IMG/VR virus record: IMGVR_UViG_3300020048_000013
Length of the DNA: 64,000 nucleotides
Reading direction: 5' to 3' (one strand)
Origin: an uncultured virus (IMG/VR IMGVR_UViG_3300020048_000013)
Taxonomy: Duplodnaviria > Heunggongvirae > Uroviricota > Caudoviricetes
The notes below the pieces were generated by a model. That model was given only the letters and a program-made list of their open reading frames with translations. It was not told the origin of the DNA and searched no databases. The translations under genes were made by a program, and so were the position numbers. Positions 31,038 to 41,278 of this stretch are shown here, one piece after another; the stretch's first letter is position 1, and the number at the start of each line of letters is the position of its first letter.

Positions 31038-31603
31038 ATTTTTATATCCTTGAAATTAATAGTTTTATTATCTTCTAAAAATAGATAAAACGTAATGTTC
31101 CTTTTATATTTTTCGTTAATGGCTTTGGCGAAACTATTAGCAGCCTTCCATTTACATATATTTATAAACCAAACACATTTTTCATTAACATAATTTTTTA
31201 TAGATTTTTGTGTTTTTCTATTTTTTAATTCTGGTTTTATTATTTGTTTATATGGTTTTATTTCCCCCAATATTTCTTGAATTTCTCCATTTTTGTTCTT
31301 CATGATTAAATGAACATCTGGATAATATTTTCTTATTTCGAATCTGATAATACGACCAACCCCATCAAAAATAGGTTTTTTATAAGGAATTGCTATTCCT
31401 TCTGATTGCCACTGAATAATATTCTTATTAATATCAAAATTTCTAAAATATTCTATCTCCAAACCACTTCTGGCTTTTATAATTTTATCTTCTCTTAAAT
31501 ATTTTTCTGGATGTTTTAAATAAGGATAATAATTTTCAATTTGATAAAATTTGGATTTCGATTTTCTCTTTTTTGGTTTTTCTATATCATCATCAACAAT
31601 CAT
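31034..31603 (-). CDS. gp4: Head completion nuclease
   Basis: RSGLE, WQSEGIAIPY, YYPD, EIKPYKQ, KWKAA. Confidence 0.9.
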   Translation of the reverse strand: MIVDDDIEKPKKRKSKSKFYQIENYYPYLKHPEKYLREDKIIKARSGLEIEYFRNFDINKNIIQWQSEGIAIPYKKPIFDGVGRIIRFEIRKYYPDVHLIMKNKNGEIQEILGEIKPYKQIIKPELKNRKTQKSIKNYVNEKCVWFINICKWKAANSFAKAINEKYKRNITFYLFLEDNKTINFKDIKI

Positions 31604-32082
31604 TATTCAACATCCTCGATTTTACAATAACTATATGCGATGTTGGCAGTAAAAGTTTTAGTATCGTCGTCGTCGATAGTTAAATCGTATGATGATAAGT
31701 CTTTGATATAACAATCGTTATATACAATTTTTTTAAAAACATTTCCTTTATTGCTTAACAAATACAAAATTCCTTCAAAAGAAGGATATTCTATATCAGT
31801 ATAAATCATATCTGCTCTGCTTGTAGATTCTGTTATAAAATTGAATAATGTTGTCCATATTTCCATTCCTTCATCACTCAATATAGTCAATGGAAGTTCT
31901 TCGAATGTCAATATTGTTCCTGGTTTTGGATATGTTAAGCTGGGAGCTTTAACACTATTCATTTCTAAAGAAACGCCTGGTAGTTTTGTGGATATTATAT
32001 AAAATTCTATATCATGCAAGTCGTTGTGTAATTTGAATAAGAACGAAGATGATTTGCTTTTATTCATTGGATTAAATGCCAT
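31603..32082 (-). CDS. gp3: Tail completion / tube terminator protein
   Basis: LPGVSL...PG..LTFEEL...ILSDE...W pattern; late promoter upstream. Confidence 0.7.
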   Translation of the reverse strand: MAFNPMNKSKSSSFLFKLHNDLHDIEFYIISTKLPGVSLEMNSVKAPSLTYPKPGTILTFEELPLTILSDEGMEIWTTLFNFITESTSRADMIYTDIEYPSFEGILYLLSNKGNVFKKIVYNDCYIKDLSSYDLTIDDDDTKTFTANIAYSYCKIEDVE

Positions 32083-32084
32083 AA

Positions 32085-32123
32085 AAAATCCTCTTTTATT
32101 TTTATTTATAAAAAGAGGATTTT
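32085..32123 (-). promoter_or_regulatory. 13-bp hairpin covering the gp3 RBS with a late promoter in its loop
   Basis: AAAATCCTCTTTT-TATAAATA-AAAAT-AAAAGAGGATTTT-TT-ATG. Confidence 0.7.
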
Positions 32124-32155
32124 AAATGTGGTATTTTATAGTCAGATTTTAAAAA

Positions 32156-32695
32156 TTATTTAAAAATATCGTCAAAAAAATCACTTTTAGGAACTTTTTT
32201 AATTTCTTCCATGTCTTTTTTAGACAGTTTTTGTTTTTTGATATTATCATTACTATATTTTTTGATATCTTCAAAATACTGTTCGATGTCTTTTAATTCT
32301 TCATCACTGATTATATCAAAATATTGTAGAGCTATTTTTCTCGTTACATCATAATAATCCATAATGAGATTTATCTTTTCGTTTTTCTCATTATCTTTAG
32401 GAAAAGGTATATAAATTATTTTTTTACCAAATTTCTTCAAATATGCATTCCTCATAATTAAAAAATGCATTTTTTTAGTATATCCTTTTTTATTAAGCAT
32501 TTCTACCAAAGGAGATAATTGATCACAGCTATGAAAAATTCTGTTTATCATAAAAATATCATAAGATTCAATTACATCATCAATATCTTCGGGTTCTAAT
32601 TTATATTCTCCAATAATAACATTAACCCACCCAACATTTAAAATTTCTCCAGTGCTTTTGTCTTTCTTGGTATATAAACTCATTTTTATATTCAT
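32156..32695 (-). CDS. gp62: Clamp loader small subunit
   Basis: YDIFMINRIF and IMDYYDVTRKIALQYFDII; start chosen by GGAGG RBS. Confidence 0.75.
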   Translation of the reverse strand: MNIKMSLYTKKDKSTGEILNVGWVNVIIGEYKLEPEDIDDVIESYDIFMINRIFHSCDQLSPLVEMLNKKGYTKKMHFLIMRNAYLKKFGKKIIYIPFPKDNEKNEKINLIMDYYDVTRKIALQYFDIISDEELKDIEQYFEDIKKYSNDNIKKQKLSKKDMEEIKKVPKSDFFDDIFK

Positions 32696-32717
32696 ATTTC
32701 CTCCATATATTATTTTT

Positions 32718-32751
32718 AATATAATAAAAAAAGGGCTTTTTGTCAAGCCCT
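32718..32751 (-). promoter_or_regulatory. sigma70-type promoter overlapped by a terminator hairpin
   Basis: TTGACA-N17-TATATT; AGGGCTT/AAGCCCT stem. Confidence 0.8.
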
Positions 32752-32764
32752 ATTTTAAGTTTTT

Positions 32765-33274
32765 TTACGGATTATCGTCGTTTATATGTTGTATGTCTGC
32801 AATATTAGCCACCGTATCAATATTAGTAATCTTCACCGTGCTGTAAGTGCCAGTATCTGGTATTGTTAAAAAGAATGCTTCGACACTTTCACTAGGATCA
32901 CCAAAAACAGATTCGTTGTTATTCAATACTATATTTCTAGTTGTCGGGTCAACGACATTAACTTCTGCTACTTGGCAACTAAAATTAGTTACATTAGCAT
33001 CTTTTAATCTAACAAAAACCCAATCACCAACCGATGGTATATGATTATAATCAGCATCAGTAATCAAAACCGTAGCAGTAGTTCCGTCTGGAGAAATATC
33101 GAAAGTAACTTCTTTTACATCTGATACTTGAAAATTTCCATAAACTCCACATCTTTGATCGACAATAAAACCTTTTATATGTTTCATATTAGATTCTTCT
33201 GAAGGAGTTTCGTAGTTTTCATAAGTATCGGCAAATATCATCTTACCCATTCCATATAATTTTATGTAGTACAT
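32765..33274 (-). CDS. Hypothetical late protein
   Basis: TATAAATA upstream, terminator downstream. Confidence 0.6.
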   Translation of the reverse strand: MYYIKLYGMGKMIFADTYENYETPSEESNMKHIKGFIVDQRCGVYGNFQVSDVKEVTFDISPDGTTATVLITDADYNHIPSVGDWVFVRLKDANVTNFSCQVAEVNVVDPTTRNIVLNNNESVFGDPSESVEAFFLTIPDTGTYSTVKITNIDTVANIADIQHINDDNP

Positions 33275-33319
33275 ATTATATCCTTTTTTTATTCATATAT
33301 CATTATTTATAAAAAATGT

Positions 33320-35029
33320 TTATGTAATTTTTGAAAATCCGCCAACATTTTCTACAATTAATTTTCTATTCAAATTGCTTTCTTCGATATTTACTTTATG
33401 AGTAATAATAATTATTTCCATATCTCTAGATTTTTCTTTTAATATTTCAAGAAAAAGGTCAAGACCGACTTTATCCAAACCATCTTCGACTTCATCTAAC
33501 ATCAACAAATTATAACTTTGATTTTTTATTTTTTTACTTAAATCAGACAAAGCGAACATTATGCTGAGATCAATCCTTTTTCTTTGTCCGTTACTTAATC
33601 CGCCATAATCAATCTCCATTCTATTTTTAAATGATATAGTTTCTTCAAATTTCTCATCAAATATTATATTCATAGGCAATCCAAATTTGAATAGATATTC
33701 GTTTACTATTTGATTGAAATATGGAATCCATCTTTTAACTATATAGAACTTCAAAGGATTTATTAATTTTTTGATAATTTCTTCATATTTTTCTTCTTCT
33801 CTTATTTCACAAATTTGTTCATGAGATTCTTTAATTTTATTTTCGGTATCAATTATATCAGAAACATCCTGTTCTATAAACAATTCTTTTTTTAATTCAG
33901 ATATAGTATATAATTTCTGATCTCTCAGATCTACTTCTTTATGTAATAATGAATTTATTGCGCTTTCTTTGATAGTAAACTCTTTACATTCTTCTATTTC
34001 TTTTTCGTGCTGTAATATATCAGCATCTATATTTGCTATTTTTTCATTATTATTTTTTATATCTTCGATTATGTTGTCTATATTATCCAATTTTTTAATT
34101 TTCTTTAAAACTTCACAAGAACCGCACATAGAATCGAACATTTTGTTTTTATCGTTTATCACTTTTATATAGGTATTATTTTCTAAATTTTTATTTTCAT
34201 ATTGTTTTTTATTTTCATTTAATCCCCAAAGAACTCTACTAATATTATTAATTTTGCTTTTTTTACCATCTATAAAATTTTTAGCCTTTACTAATTTATC
34301 AATCTCGATTTTAATTTTTTCTATATTTTCTTCGTGTTCTTTGATTTTATCAGAAATATTATTCTTACGATTCTGTTCTACTATATCCAATTTGGTTTTT
34401 TGTTCTTCGAGAAGTTTTGTATATATGTTATAACTATTATTAGAAATTTCTAATTTTTGTTTTATTCTCGCCAAATCTTCTTTATTTTCTTCTGCAATAT
34501 AATCAAATATTTTTATATTGAAAACAGTATCCATAAATTCTATTCGTTCTTTTTTTGATAAAGATATAAATGAAATATATTTTTCTGGCAATGCTGATTT
34601 TGTAACAACAAGCTCGAAATAATATTTATCCATACCGATAACATTTTCTTCGAATTGCTTTTGATAATTATTTTTATTTGGCAACAATGGTTCTATAGTC
34701 CATATGCCATCAATCATTTTATAATATCCAAAAAAATCCGATTCTGTTTTCGATTTCATAGTTCTGCGAACATAATATTTTTCATCATTTTTAGAAAAAT
34801 ACAAAATAACTTCTAAATTCATTTTATTTTTAAAGTTGACTAATTTGGCTAATTTAACATCTCTATAAGAAGAATTAAATAGAACATAACACAAAGCATC
34901 AGATATGACTGATTTTCCGACACCGTTGATCCCAATAATAGAAGTTATTCCATTCTCGAAATTATAAACTTCGGACATATTTCCATATGACAAAAAATTT
35001 TTAAATTCTAGTCGTTCAAATTTAATCAT
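33320..35029 (-). CDS. gp46: Recombination ATPase (Rad50/SbcC-like)
   Basis: KNFLSYG, GINGVGKS, CxxC hook, LSNGQRKR, LMLDE, ITH. Confidence 0.95.
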   Translation of the reverse strand: MIKFERLEFKNFLSYGNMSEVYNFENGITSIIGINGVGKSVISDALCYVLFNSSYRDVKLAKLVNFKNKMNLEVILYFSKNDEKYYVRRTMKSKTESDFFGYYKMIDGIWTIEPLLPNKNNYQKQFEENVIGMDKYYFELVVTKSALPEKYISFISLSKKERIEFMDTVFNIKIFDYIAEENKEDLARIKQKLEISNNSYNIYTKLLEEQKTKLDIVEQNRKNNISDKIKEHEENIEKIKIEIDKLVKAKNFIDGKKSKINNISRVLWGLNENKKQYENKNLENNTYIKVINDKNKMFDSMCGSCEVLKKIKKLDNIDNIIEDIKNNNEKIANIDADILQHEKEIEECKEFTIKESAINSLLHKEVDLRDQKLYTISELKKELFIEQDVSDIIDTENKIKESHEQICEIREEEKYEEIIKKLINPLKFYIVKRWIPYFNQIVNEYLFKFGLPMNIIFDEKFEETISFKNRMEIDYGGLSNGQRKRIDLSIMFALSDLSKKIKNQSYNLLMLDEVEDGLDKVGLDLFLEILKEKSRDMEIIIITHKVNIEESNLNRKLIVENVGGFSKIT

Positions 35030-35691
35030 ACTTCCTCAAAAAAATTGTTATTGCTATATCTCAAATGCCATTCTAATCTATTTTTTGCACTTTCGTAGTA
35101 TTCTGGGTCTAGTTCACAAGCATCCAAATTATAACTCATATCCCAACAAGCTATTCCGATTGATAAAGATCCAAAATGAGTGTCTAATATTTTATCTCCT
35201 TTTATTGCATAATTTTCCAAAATCCATTTATATAAATTTATCGGCTTTTGATTAATATGAAATCTTTCCTCTTTATTTGCAGAAGCTCTGCTATAACTAA
35301 ATATTCTCATTGCTTTATCGAAAGATGTCCATGCCATTTCTCCATCTGCTAAAGTAAAATTTCTCTGTCCTTTATCCCAAACAATCCAACCAGCACTATT
35401 TTTATTAATGTCTGTAATAAAATGATTTGCTCCCCAAATTATTTGATTTTTACTTACTCTAAACAGTTCGTCAAAATATGATTTATCGGGACTTTTCACA
35501 TCCCATTCTTTTTTATCCCATTGTTTATATCCATATTTTTCGTCTCCCCATATTTTAGTAATATTTAAACCATATGGAGGATCTACTATAGCCAATTCAT
35601 AAAATTTATCAGGAACATTTTTAAGAAATTCCATGCAGTCACAATTATATAATCTTATTTTACTACGACCATCATATTCATTATTAATCAA
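35026..35691 (-). CDS. DNA amino-methyltransferase (beta class)
   Basis: VDPPY, HINQKP, ILDTHFGS. Confidence 0.9.
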   Translation of the reverse strand: MINNEYDGRSKIRLYNCDCMEFLKNVPDKFYELAIVDPPYGLNITKIWGDEKYGYKQWDKKEWDVKSPDKSYFDELFRVSKNQIIWGANHFITDINKNSAGWIVWDKGQRNFTLADGEMAWTSFDKAMRIFSYSRASANKEERFHINQKPINLYKWILENYAIKGDKILDTHFGSLSIGIACWDMSYNLDACELDPEYYESAKNRLEWHLRYSNNNFFEEV

Positions 35692-36753
35692 TTAATTACT
35701 CCCTATTTTTATAACAGCATTATTAAATTTTTTCTCAAAAGTTGCTATCAATTTATCTACAATTATATCTTCAAAAGTCAATTGATTGATATAATTAACA
35801 CATAAACCCAAAGTTCCGATATCGTCGCTTATTACAGCAACTTCTTTCATAAATTCTTCTAAAATTTCATAATTCTGCAATCTTTTATAATTTTTTATTC
35901 CACCGATAAATTTATCAAGCAATGCTTCGTTTTTATATTTATGAACATAAACATCTGTGAAATCGTTATTAATATATTCCTGAGCAATCATAGCGTTAGT
36001 AAATACTTTTTCAGATATTCCATCATCAACTACAATTTTTAAATTCTTGCCATCTTCTTCGTAACTAACATTATTAAATTTCGGAGATACTATATTCTCT
36101 ATAAAATTCAATTTTCCGTCATAAGTATAAAATCCTTTACGAACTCCATAATCATTTCTATCTAGTTGATATGGAGTTCCTATATAAGTAACATTTTTAT
36201 TCTCGCTATAAATATGATAATGTCCGCTCAAAACTGTTTCATAATCATTAAAATCAGATAATTTCAATTTTCCTGTCGATTTGGTAAATTTATTATATGG
36301 AACTCCGCCAATATCAAAATGACCACACAACAATTCACATTTTTTAGAAAATTCTCCCAACATTCTCCATGGAGCAAATGCAATATCATGATTATCAATT
36401 TTCAATACCGTCGGTTTATCTATAATATGAATATTTTTATATTTCTTTAATGTATAAAGATAAGATATGTCATTGCTTTCTCTAAAATATACGTCATGAT
36501 TACCAGCAATGACATAAAAATTGATATTATTATCTTCAAAAAAACTATAAAATTCTTCTTCGAGTTTTTGTTGAATATATATATCCATAACCTGTCTATG
36601 ATGAACTATATCACCCAAACAAATACAATCTTTTATATTATTTTCGATTATATATGGAAATAGTTGTTTCTTATAGAAATCTAACTGATAATGAAAAAAA
36701 TCTTTATCGAAGTTTTGAATTCCGAAATGAGAATCTGTAAATATAGCAATCAT
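35692..36753 (-). CDS. gp47: Recombination nuclease (Mre11/SbcD-like)
   Basis: DSHFG, LGD, GNHD, GHF, SGHYH, YIGTPY. Confidence 0.95.
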   Translation of the reverse strand: MIAIFTDSHFGIQNFDKDFFHYQLDFYKKQLFPYIIENNIKDCICLGDIVHHRQVMDIYIQQKLEEEFYSFFEDNNINFYVIAGNHDVYFRESNDISYLYTLKKYKNIHIIDKPTVLKIDNHDIAFAPWRMLGEFSKKCELLCGHFDIGGVPYNKFTKSTGKLKLSDFNDYETVLSGHYHIYSENKNVTYIGTPYQLDRNDYGVRKGFYTYDGKLNFIENIVSPKFNNVSYEEDGKNLKIVVDDGISEKVFTNAMIAQEYINNDFTDVYVHKYKNEALLDKFIGGIKNYKRLQNYEILEEFMKEVAVISDDIGTLGLCVNYINQLTFEDIIVDKLIATFEKKFNNAVIKIGSN

Positions 36754-36756
36754 ATA

Positions 36757-37635
36757 TTATTCAACCGATTCTTGTTTAATTTCTTCGGCTTGTTCGATAT
36801 TTTTTGATTTGAGTTCTTCTTGTTCTTTAGATTTTTTCATATGTTCTTCAGTAATTAGTCTAAAAACCTCATCAAATTTCTGCATAAACAATCTATATAT
36901 TCCCCTATGATTTCCTTTATGAACAGTAAAATCTAATGTTGGTGTCATATCAAAAGAAAATTCAAGCCCTCTTTTTTTACATTTAAAATTAATTCTCTTG
37001 ATAGTTTCTTTTTCTTGTTTCAAAATGTTTTTAGATTGTCTTTTATATTCGTCGATATATGATACTACATCACCATATACGATTTTACCATCAATATTTT
37101 TGGAAAAATTTTGAAATGTTTCTGTTAATAAAGTAAAAAACATTCTTCTGTTATTAATATCATCCCAATTTATACTGTTGGTATATTTAATTGGTTGCCA
37201 TTTTGAAGCTTTGTGTTTATGATCGTGATTGCCGTGATCATGCCCGCAACCACATTCTGAATGTTCTTTTGGTTCACCATGTGAATGATGTTCTGTATGG
37301 TCGTGTCCGCAACCACAAGCATCTTCGGCATGTTCGTGGTCACAAGTGCATTTGTGTTCTGTTTGTTCTATTCCGTCAGAATTGCCTTCTATAACAGGCA
37401 AATCGNNNNNNNNNNCACATTTACATTTATCATTCTGTTCGTGAGCACATTTACACCCGTTTTTTGTAGGTATCATATCAGGGTTACCTTCAACTACCGG
37501 TAAATCATCAAATCCGGCAGGTTTTATTCCTTCGCTTTTTAAAACTTCGTCGGATTTTATTCCTACGAATGTTCCTTCGATTGGAGTATCTTGTTTAATT
37601 GGTTCTGGTGTTGTTTGATATTGTTGTCCGCCCAT
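36757..37635 (-). CDS. Hypothetical protein with His/Cys-rich putative metal-binding segment (N gap inside)
   Basis: CTCDHEH, CGCGHDH twice, His runs. Confidence 0.6.
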   Translation of the reverse strand: MGGQQYQTTPEPIKQDTPIEGTFVGIKSDEVLKSEGIKPAGFDDLPVVEGNPDMIPTKNGCKCAHEQNDKCKCXXXXDLPVIEGNSDGIEQTEHKCTCDHEHAEDACGCGHDHTEHHSHGEPKEHSECGCGHDHGNHDHKHKASKWQPIKYTNSINWDDINNRRMFFTLLTETFQNFSKNIDGKIVYGDVVSYIDEYKRQSKNILKQEKETIKRINFKCKKRGLEFSFDMTPTLDFTVHKGNHRGIYRLFMQKFDEVFRLITEEHMKKSKEQEELKSKNIEQAEEIKQESVE

Positions 37636-37636
37636 T

Positions 37637-37843
37637 TTAATTTTCTCCTTTTATTTCTTTTATTTTATAATCTAAATGTTCTTTAATTTTAATGAAAAAT
37701 TCTATTCGTTTTTCGTCATCCAAATTCCAAGTATCAACATAAAAAACATAATCATCATGATTATATTTATGTGCCATTATTTTAACACTAGGAACTACTT
37801 CCCTACCTTGAAAATTTAATCCATCATGATTTTGTCCACCCAT
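37637..37843 (-). CDS. Hypothetical protein
   Basis: 68 aa with RBS. Confidence 0.6.
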   Translation of the reverse strand: MGGQNHDGLNFQGREVVPSVKIMAHKYNHDDYVFYVDTWNLDDEKRIEFFIKIKEHLDYKIKEIKGEN

Positions 37844-37856
37844 TCATTTCTCCTAT

Positions 37857-38237
37857 TTATTGTATTATTATATGTTGAAACTTTTTCAATAATTCTAAAA
37901 AATTTTCAAAATTTTTGTTTTCTAATTCTATCATGTCGTTAATTATTTCTGCTTTAAATGATTCTAATAATCTATCAAATCTATAACTAAATGGAGTATC
38001 TACATATATGACCAAAAAATTATTATCTGGTGTTAATTGTTGTAAATCGCTTCTAGTTATTTTTTTAATTTTATTTTCTATTTTTATATAAGAATTAATC
38101 GCGTCCATATAATCCCGACAATCCGATCCCATCTTTCCTATAAAATAAATTTCATCGACGAAATATTTATCATAGTCGTTTATAGAAATCATTAATTTAT
38201 TATCATTAACTAATTGAATTTTTAAATTATCTTTCAT
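37857..38237 (-). CDS. Hypothetical protein
   Basis: 126 aa, directly behind a sigma70 promoter. Confidence 0.65.
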   Translation of the reverse strand: MKDNLKIQLVNDNKLMISINDYDKYFVDEIYFIGKMGSDCRDYMDAINSYIKIENKIKKITRSDLQQLTPDNNFLVIYVDTPFSYRFDRLLESFKAEIINDMIELENKNFENFLELLKKFQHIIIQ

Positions 38238-38249
38238 TATTCCCCCTTT

Positions 38250-38278
38250 AATATAATATATATTTCATGTTTTGTCAA
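38250..38278 (-). promoter_or_regulatory. sigma70-type promoter
   Basis: TTGACA-N17-TATATT. Confidence 0.75.
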
Positions 38279-38286
38279 GCAAAAAA

Positions 38287-39243
38287 TCAAATATAATTGA
38301 GTGCCAACTTTATCAGAGCTTCTTTTCCGCTATATATATTTTTATTAACAATCATTGGTATTTTTTCGGCAGGAACACCAGCTCTAACTAATTCATTAAT
38401 ATCTTTATATCTTATTAATTCTTTTGGCATTATAAAAATTTTATATCCTTTTTCTATCATTTTTTTAGATTTTAATATGCCCGTATTATCGTTATCCAAA
38501 ACAAAAATAGGATTTTTGAAATCTAAAATATATTTTTTAGAAATTGTTGATCCATTCATTGCTATAGAATTTTCTAAAAATAAAGAATCGATTATACTCT
38601 CAGTAAAAAAGCAATCCAACATCTTATTGACATTATAATAATTATAAAGTTTTATATTTTTATCGTCAGCAAGTTCAATATGAAAAAATTTATTATATAT
38701 GTTTCTACTAACAAAGCCATAAACTTTATCACCTTTTCTTAATGGGAATATTATGGAATTTGAATATGCTTCGTGTTTCTTAGTACTAAACCATATATCA
38801 TTCCAGAATTTTTCTGGTATTTTTCTTGCTTTAATATAATCAAAAGTTTCATTTACTGATGTCGCCAAAATAAAATCTGAAGGTAATTCCATATAAACAG
38901 TATCGTCGATAATTTCTTTCTCTACCACATTCTTTTTCTTATTGTTCAAAAATGTTTCGATATAATATTTTTTATTCTCAGCAAAATATTGTTTAAATAA
39001 TTCTGGATCTATGTATCTCAAAAACCAATCAAAATTTTTAGCAGTTCCGCAATTATGACAATAAAATCTATATCCATCATTTTTTAATATGAATGCGCGG
39101 TGTTTCTTGCCTTTGGAATTTCCTTCGTTACAATACGGACAAGAAAAATTAACAATAGAACTATCTGACATTGTTTTCTGTTTTACCAAGTCTAATTTAT
39201 TTAAAATTAGTAACAAATATTTTTCATAAGATTCATTATTCAT
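38287..39243 (-). CDS. gp61: DNA primase
   Basis: CPYC...FYCHNCG zinc finger; TOPRIM ESIIDSLF, LDND..G, KDINE. Confidence 0.93.
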   Translation of the reverse strand: MNNESYEKYLLLILNKLDLVKQKTMSDSSIVNFSCPYCNEGNSKGKKHRAFILKNDGYRFYCHNCGTAKNFDWFLRYIDPELFKQYFAENKKYYIETFLNNKKKNVVEKEIIDDTVYMELPSDFILATSVNETFDYIKARKIPEKFWNDIWFSTKKHEAYSNSIIFPLRKGDKVYGFVSRNIYNKFFHIELADDKNIKLYNYYNVNKMLDCFFTESIIDSLFLENSIAMNGSTISKKYILDFKNPIFVLDNDNTGILKSKKMIEKGYKIFIMPKELIRYKDINELVRAGVPAEKIPMIVNKNIYSGKEALIKLALNYI

Positions 39244-39425
39244 TCAAAAAGCAATCCTGTTTTTTCTACTTTAGAATCAGAACTCTCGAACAATCCTTTT
39301 TCTTTCAATTTTTTTTCTACACATTCAACATGACCGACAACATATTCGTGTTCATTTATTTTAGCACGATATAGACTCGTTCCTTCTACCATCAATCCGC
39401 AAATTTGACATTTTATTTGTTCCAT
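39240..39425 (-). CDS. Small Zn-binding hypothetical protein
   Basis: CxxC...HxxC. Confidence 0.55.
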   Translation of the reverse strand: MEQIKCQICGLMVEGTSLYRAKINEHEYVVGHVECVEKKLKEKGLFESSDSKVEKTGLLFE

Positions 39426-39426
39426 A

Positions 39427-40296
39427 TTACCCTCTGTAATTTTTTCTTTTATATTTATTTAATGGATTTCTTTCGTTATTAATATACTTATCGTAACTTA
39501 ATATATCGACAGAATCGTCAGTAATCAAAGCAATTTCGTTTTTGCTTTTATCTATAATCCATCCAGTGTTATTTATAATATGTAGAGTTTTTCCTATAAA
39601 CAAAACGGTATGATTGTTCATATCCATCAAAATATATCCATCGTTTTTTTTAAGAATATACAAAAATTTTTCTAATTTATAATAACGACTGATGAAATCT
39701 ATCAGTTTATCTTTTTTGTATATTTCGATGCCTCCAATATTATCAAAATATATTTTGATTTTTTTTGTAACTAATACATTATCTCCTTTAATTATATTTA
39801 TAGTATAGCTGTCTTTTATCATATCATAAACAAGTTTTTTATTCATTCTTTCGTTTATAAAATACATTTTTTTATCTTCGTCGTCTATAATGAAATTGGT
39901 AAAAGATAATAAAACCGAATCAATCACGATATCAATATCGGTTTTATTAAATTTACATAGTACATAAAAATCAGAGTCTTTCTTTATAAGCAGTCTAAGT
40001 TTGAATGACAATATAAAATAATTAGATATATACTGCATGACATACTCTTTAGTTTTTTCATTATATACATAACTCAACCACTTTTTTCCATTAAATAATA
40101 TGACAATATTCGCTTTCGGATAAACATAATAACAAGTACAATAGCTTTGAATAATTTTCTTTTCAATGCCATTTTTTATAAAAAAACTAAAAACATTGAC
40201 AGATTTTTCAATATAATAATTATCCTTTATATTATATAGAAAATTTTCTTCTATGCTATTTTGTTTTTGAAACGATATGCTTTTGTTAAAATTCAT
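39427..40296 (-). CDS. Hypothetical protein
   Basis: 289 aa ORF coupled to rnh. Confidence 0.6.
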   Translation of the reverse strand: MNFNKSISFQKQNSIEENFLYNIKDNYYIEKSVNVFSFFIKNGIEKKIIQSYCTCYYVYPKANIVILFNGKKWLSYVYNEKTKEYVMQYISNYFILSFKLRLLIKKDSDFYVLCKFNKTDIDIVIDSVLLSFTNFIIDDEDKKMYFINERMNKKLVYDMIKDSYTINIIKGDNVLVTKKIKIYFDNIGGIEIYKKDKLIDFISRYYKLEKFLYILKKNDGYILMDMNNHTVLFIGKTLHIINNTGWIIDKSKNEIALITDDSVDILSYDKYINNERNPLNKYKRKNYRG

Positions 40297-41276
40297 TATA
40301 TTTCGTCAAAAAAGTTTTTAATAATATCATTTTTTAATTGTTCTTTATTAATTTCACTGTAACTATTATTGGAAAATTTGAAGCTGTTGACATTAGACAA
40401 CAATTCCCTACATCTATACTTGTTCAAGAATTCTGTAAATTTATTTGCATTAAAATTAAACACGCTTTTCTTGTCGTCGTATGAGTTAATAATTTTGTCA
40501 CTAATATACGAAGGAATTTCCGTTAAGTCAATAAGTTTTTTATTTATTTTATATCTGAATTTTAAATCATTATCAGTTTCTAACATCATATCTATATTCG
40601 GAAGTAATTTTATAGCAGTCTTTTCTCCAACTCTTTCCATAATAGCAGGAATTTCGTCTGCCTTGTCTCCCATTATTATATGAATTTTCAAAAACAATTC
40701 AGCATCGCTTACTTCTGCATATTGACCTTTTCTTCCATCATATAATTTTATGTTAGATTTGGTTAATAATTGTTTGAAATCCTTATCTCCAGAAACTATG
40801 ACAACATCTTCATTAGAATTATTTAAAGTCAGTGCTCCGATAATATCGTCTGCTTCAGCTTCTTCTATTTTTATAGCCACAATGTCAGTATATTTATTTA
40901 AATTATCGACTATATCATCGACCATTTTATATATTTTGTTCCAATCAATAGCATCAGACTTTTCTCTATGTGCTTTATAACCTTCGTCAGACTTCTCTTT
41001 ATTTTTGTAGTAATTTTTAAAATAATCGTCTTTTACTTTTTCGAAATAGTCTTTTCTCCAACTTCTCGAATCGATGGCCAAAACAATTCTATTATTTTTA
41101 TCTGCATTAAACATTTTTATTCTTTTCGTCAATTGAGTCAAAAACAGATGAACAAAAATATCATATTGATCACCAAGTTCTTCCATTTGTTCTGTTCTTT
41201 GTTTTGAAATATCAAAAAAATCTAAATTAGAAAAAATTACTCCATATATATCTATACTACTGTCTATTAATATCAT
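40296..41276 (-). CDS. rnh: RNase H / 5'-3' exonuclease (FEN family)
   Basis: SWRKD, YKAHR, EADDIIG, SGDKDFKQL, GDKADEIP. Confidence 0.93.
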   Translation of the reverse strand: MILIDSSIDIYGVIFSNLDFFDISKQRTEQMEELGDQYDIFVHLFLTQLTKRIKMFNADKNNRIVLAIDSRSWRKDYFEKVKDDYFKNYYKNKEKSDEGYKAHREKSDAIDWNKIYKMVDDIVDNLNKYTDIVAIKIEEAEADDIIGALTLNNSNEDVVIVSGDKDFKQLLTKSNIKLYDGRKGQYAEVSDAELFLKIHIIMGDKADEIPAIMERVGEKTAIKLLPNIDMMLETDNDLKFRYKINKKLIDLTEIPSYISDKIINSYDDKKSVFNFNANKFTEFLNKYRCRELLSNVNSFKFSNNSYSEINKEQLKNDIIKNFFDEI

Positions 41277-41278
41277 TT

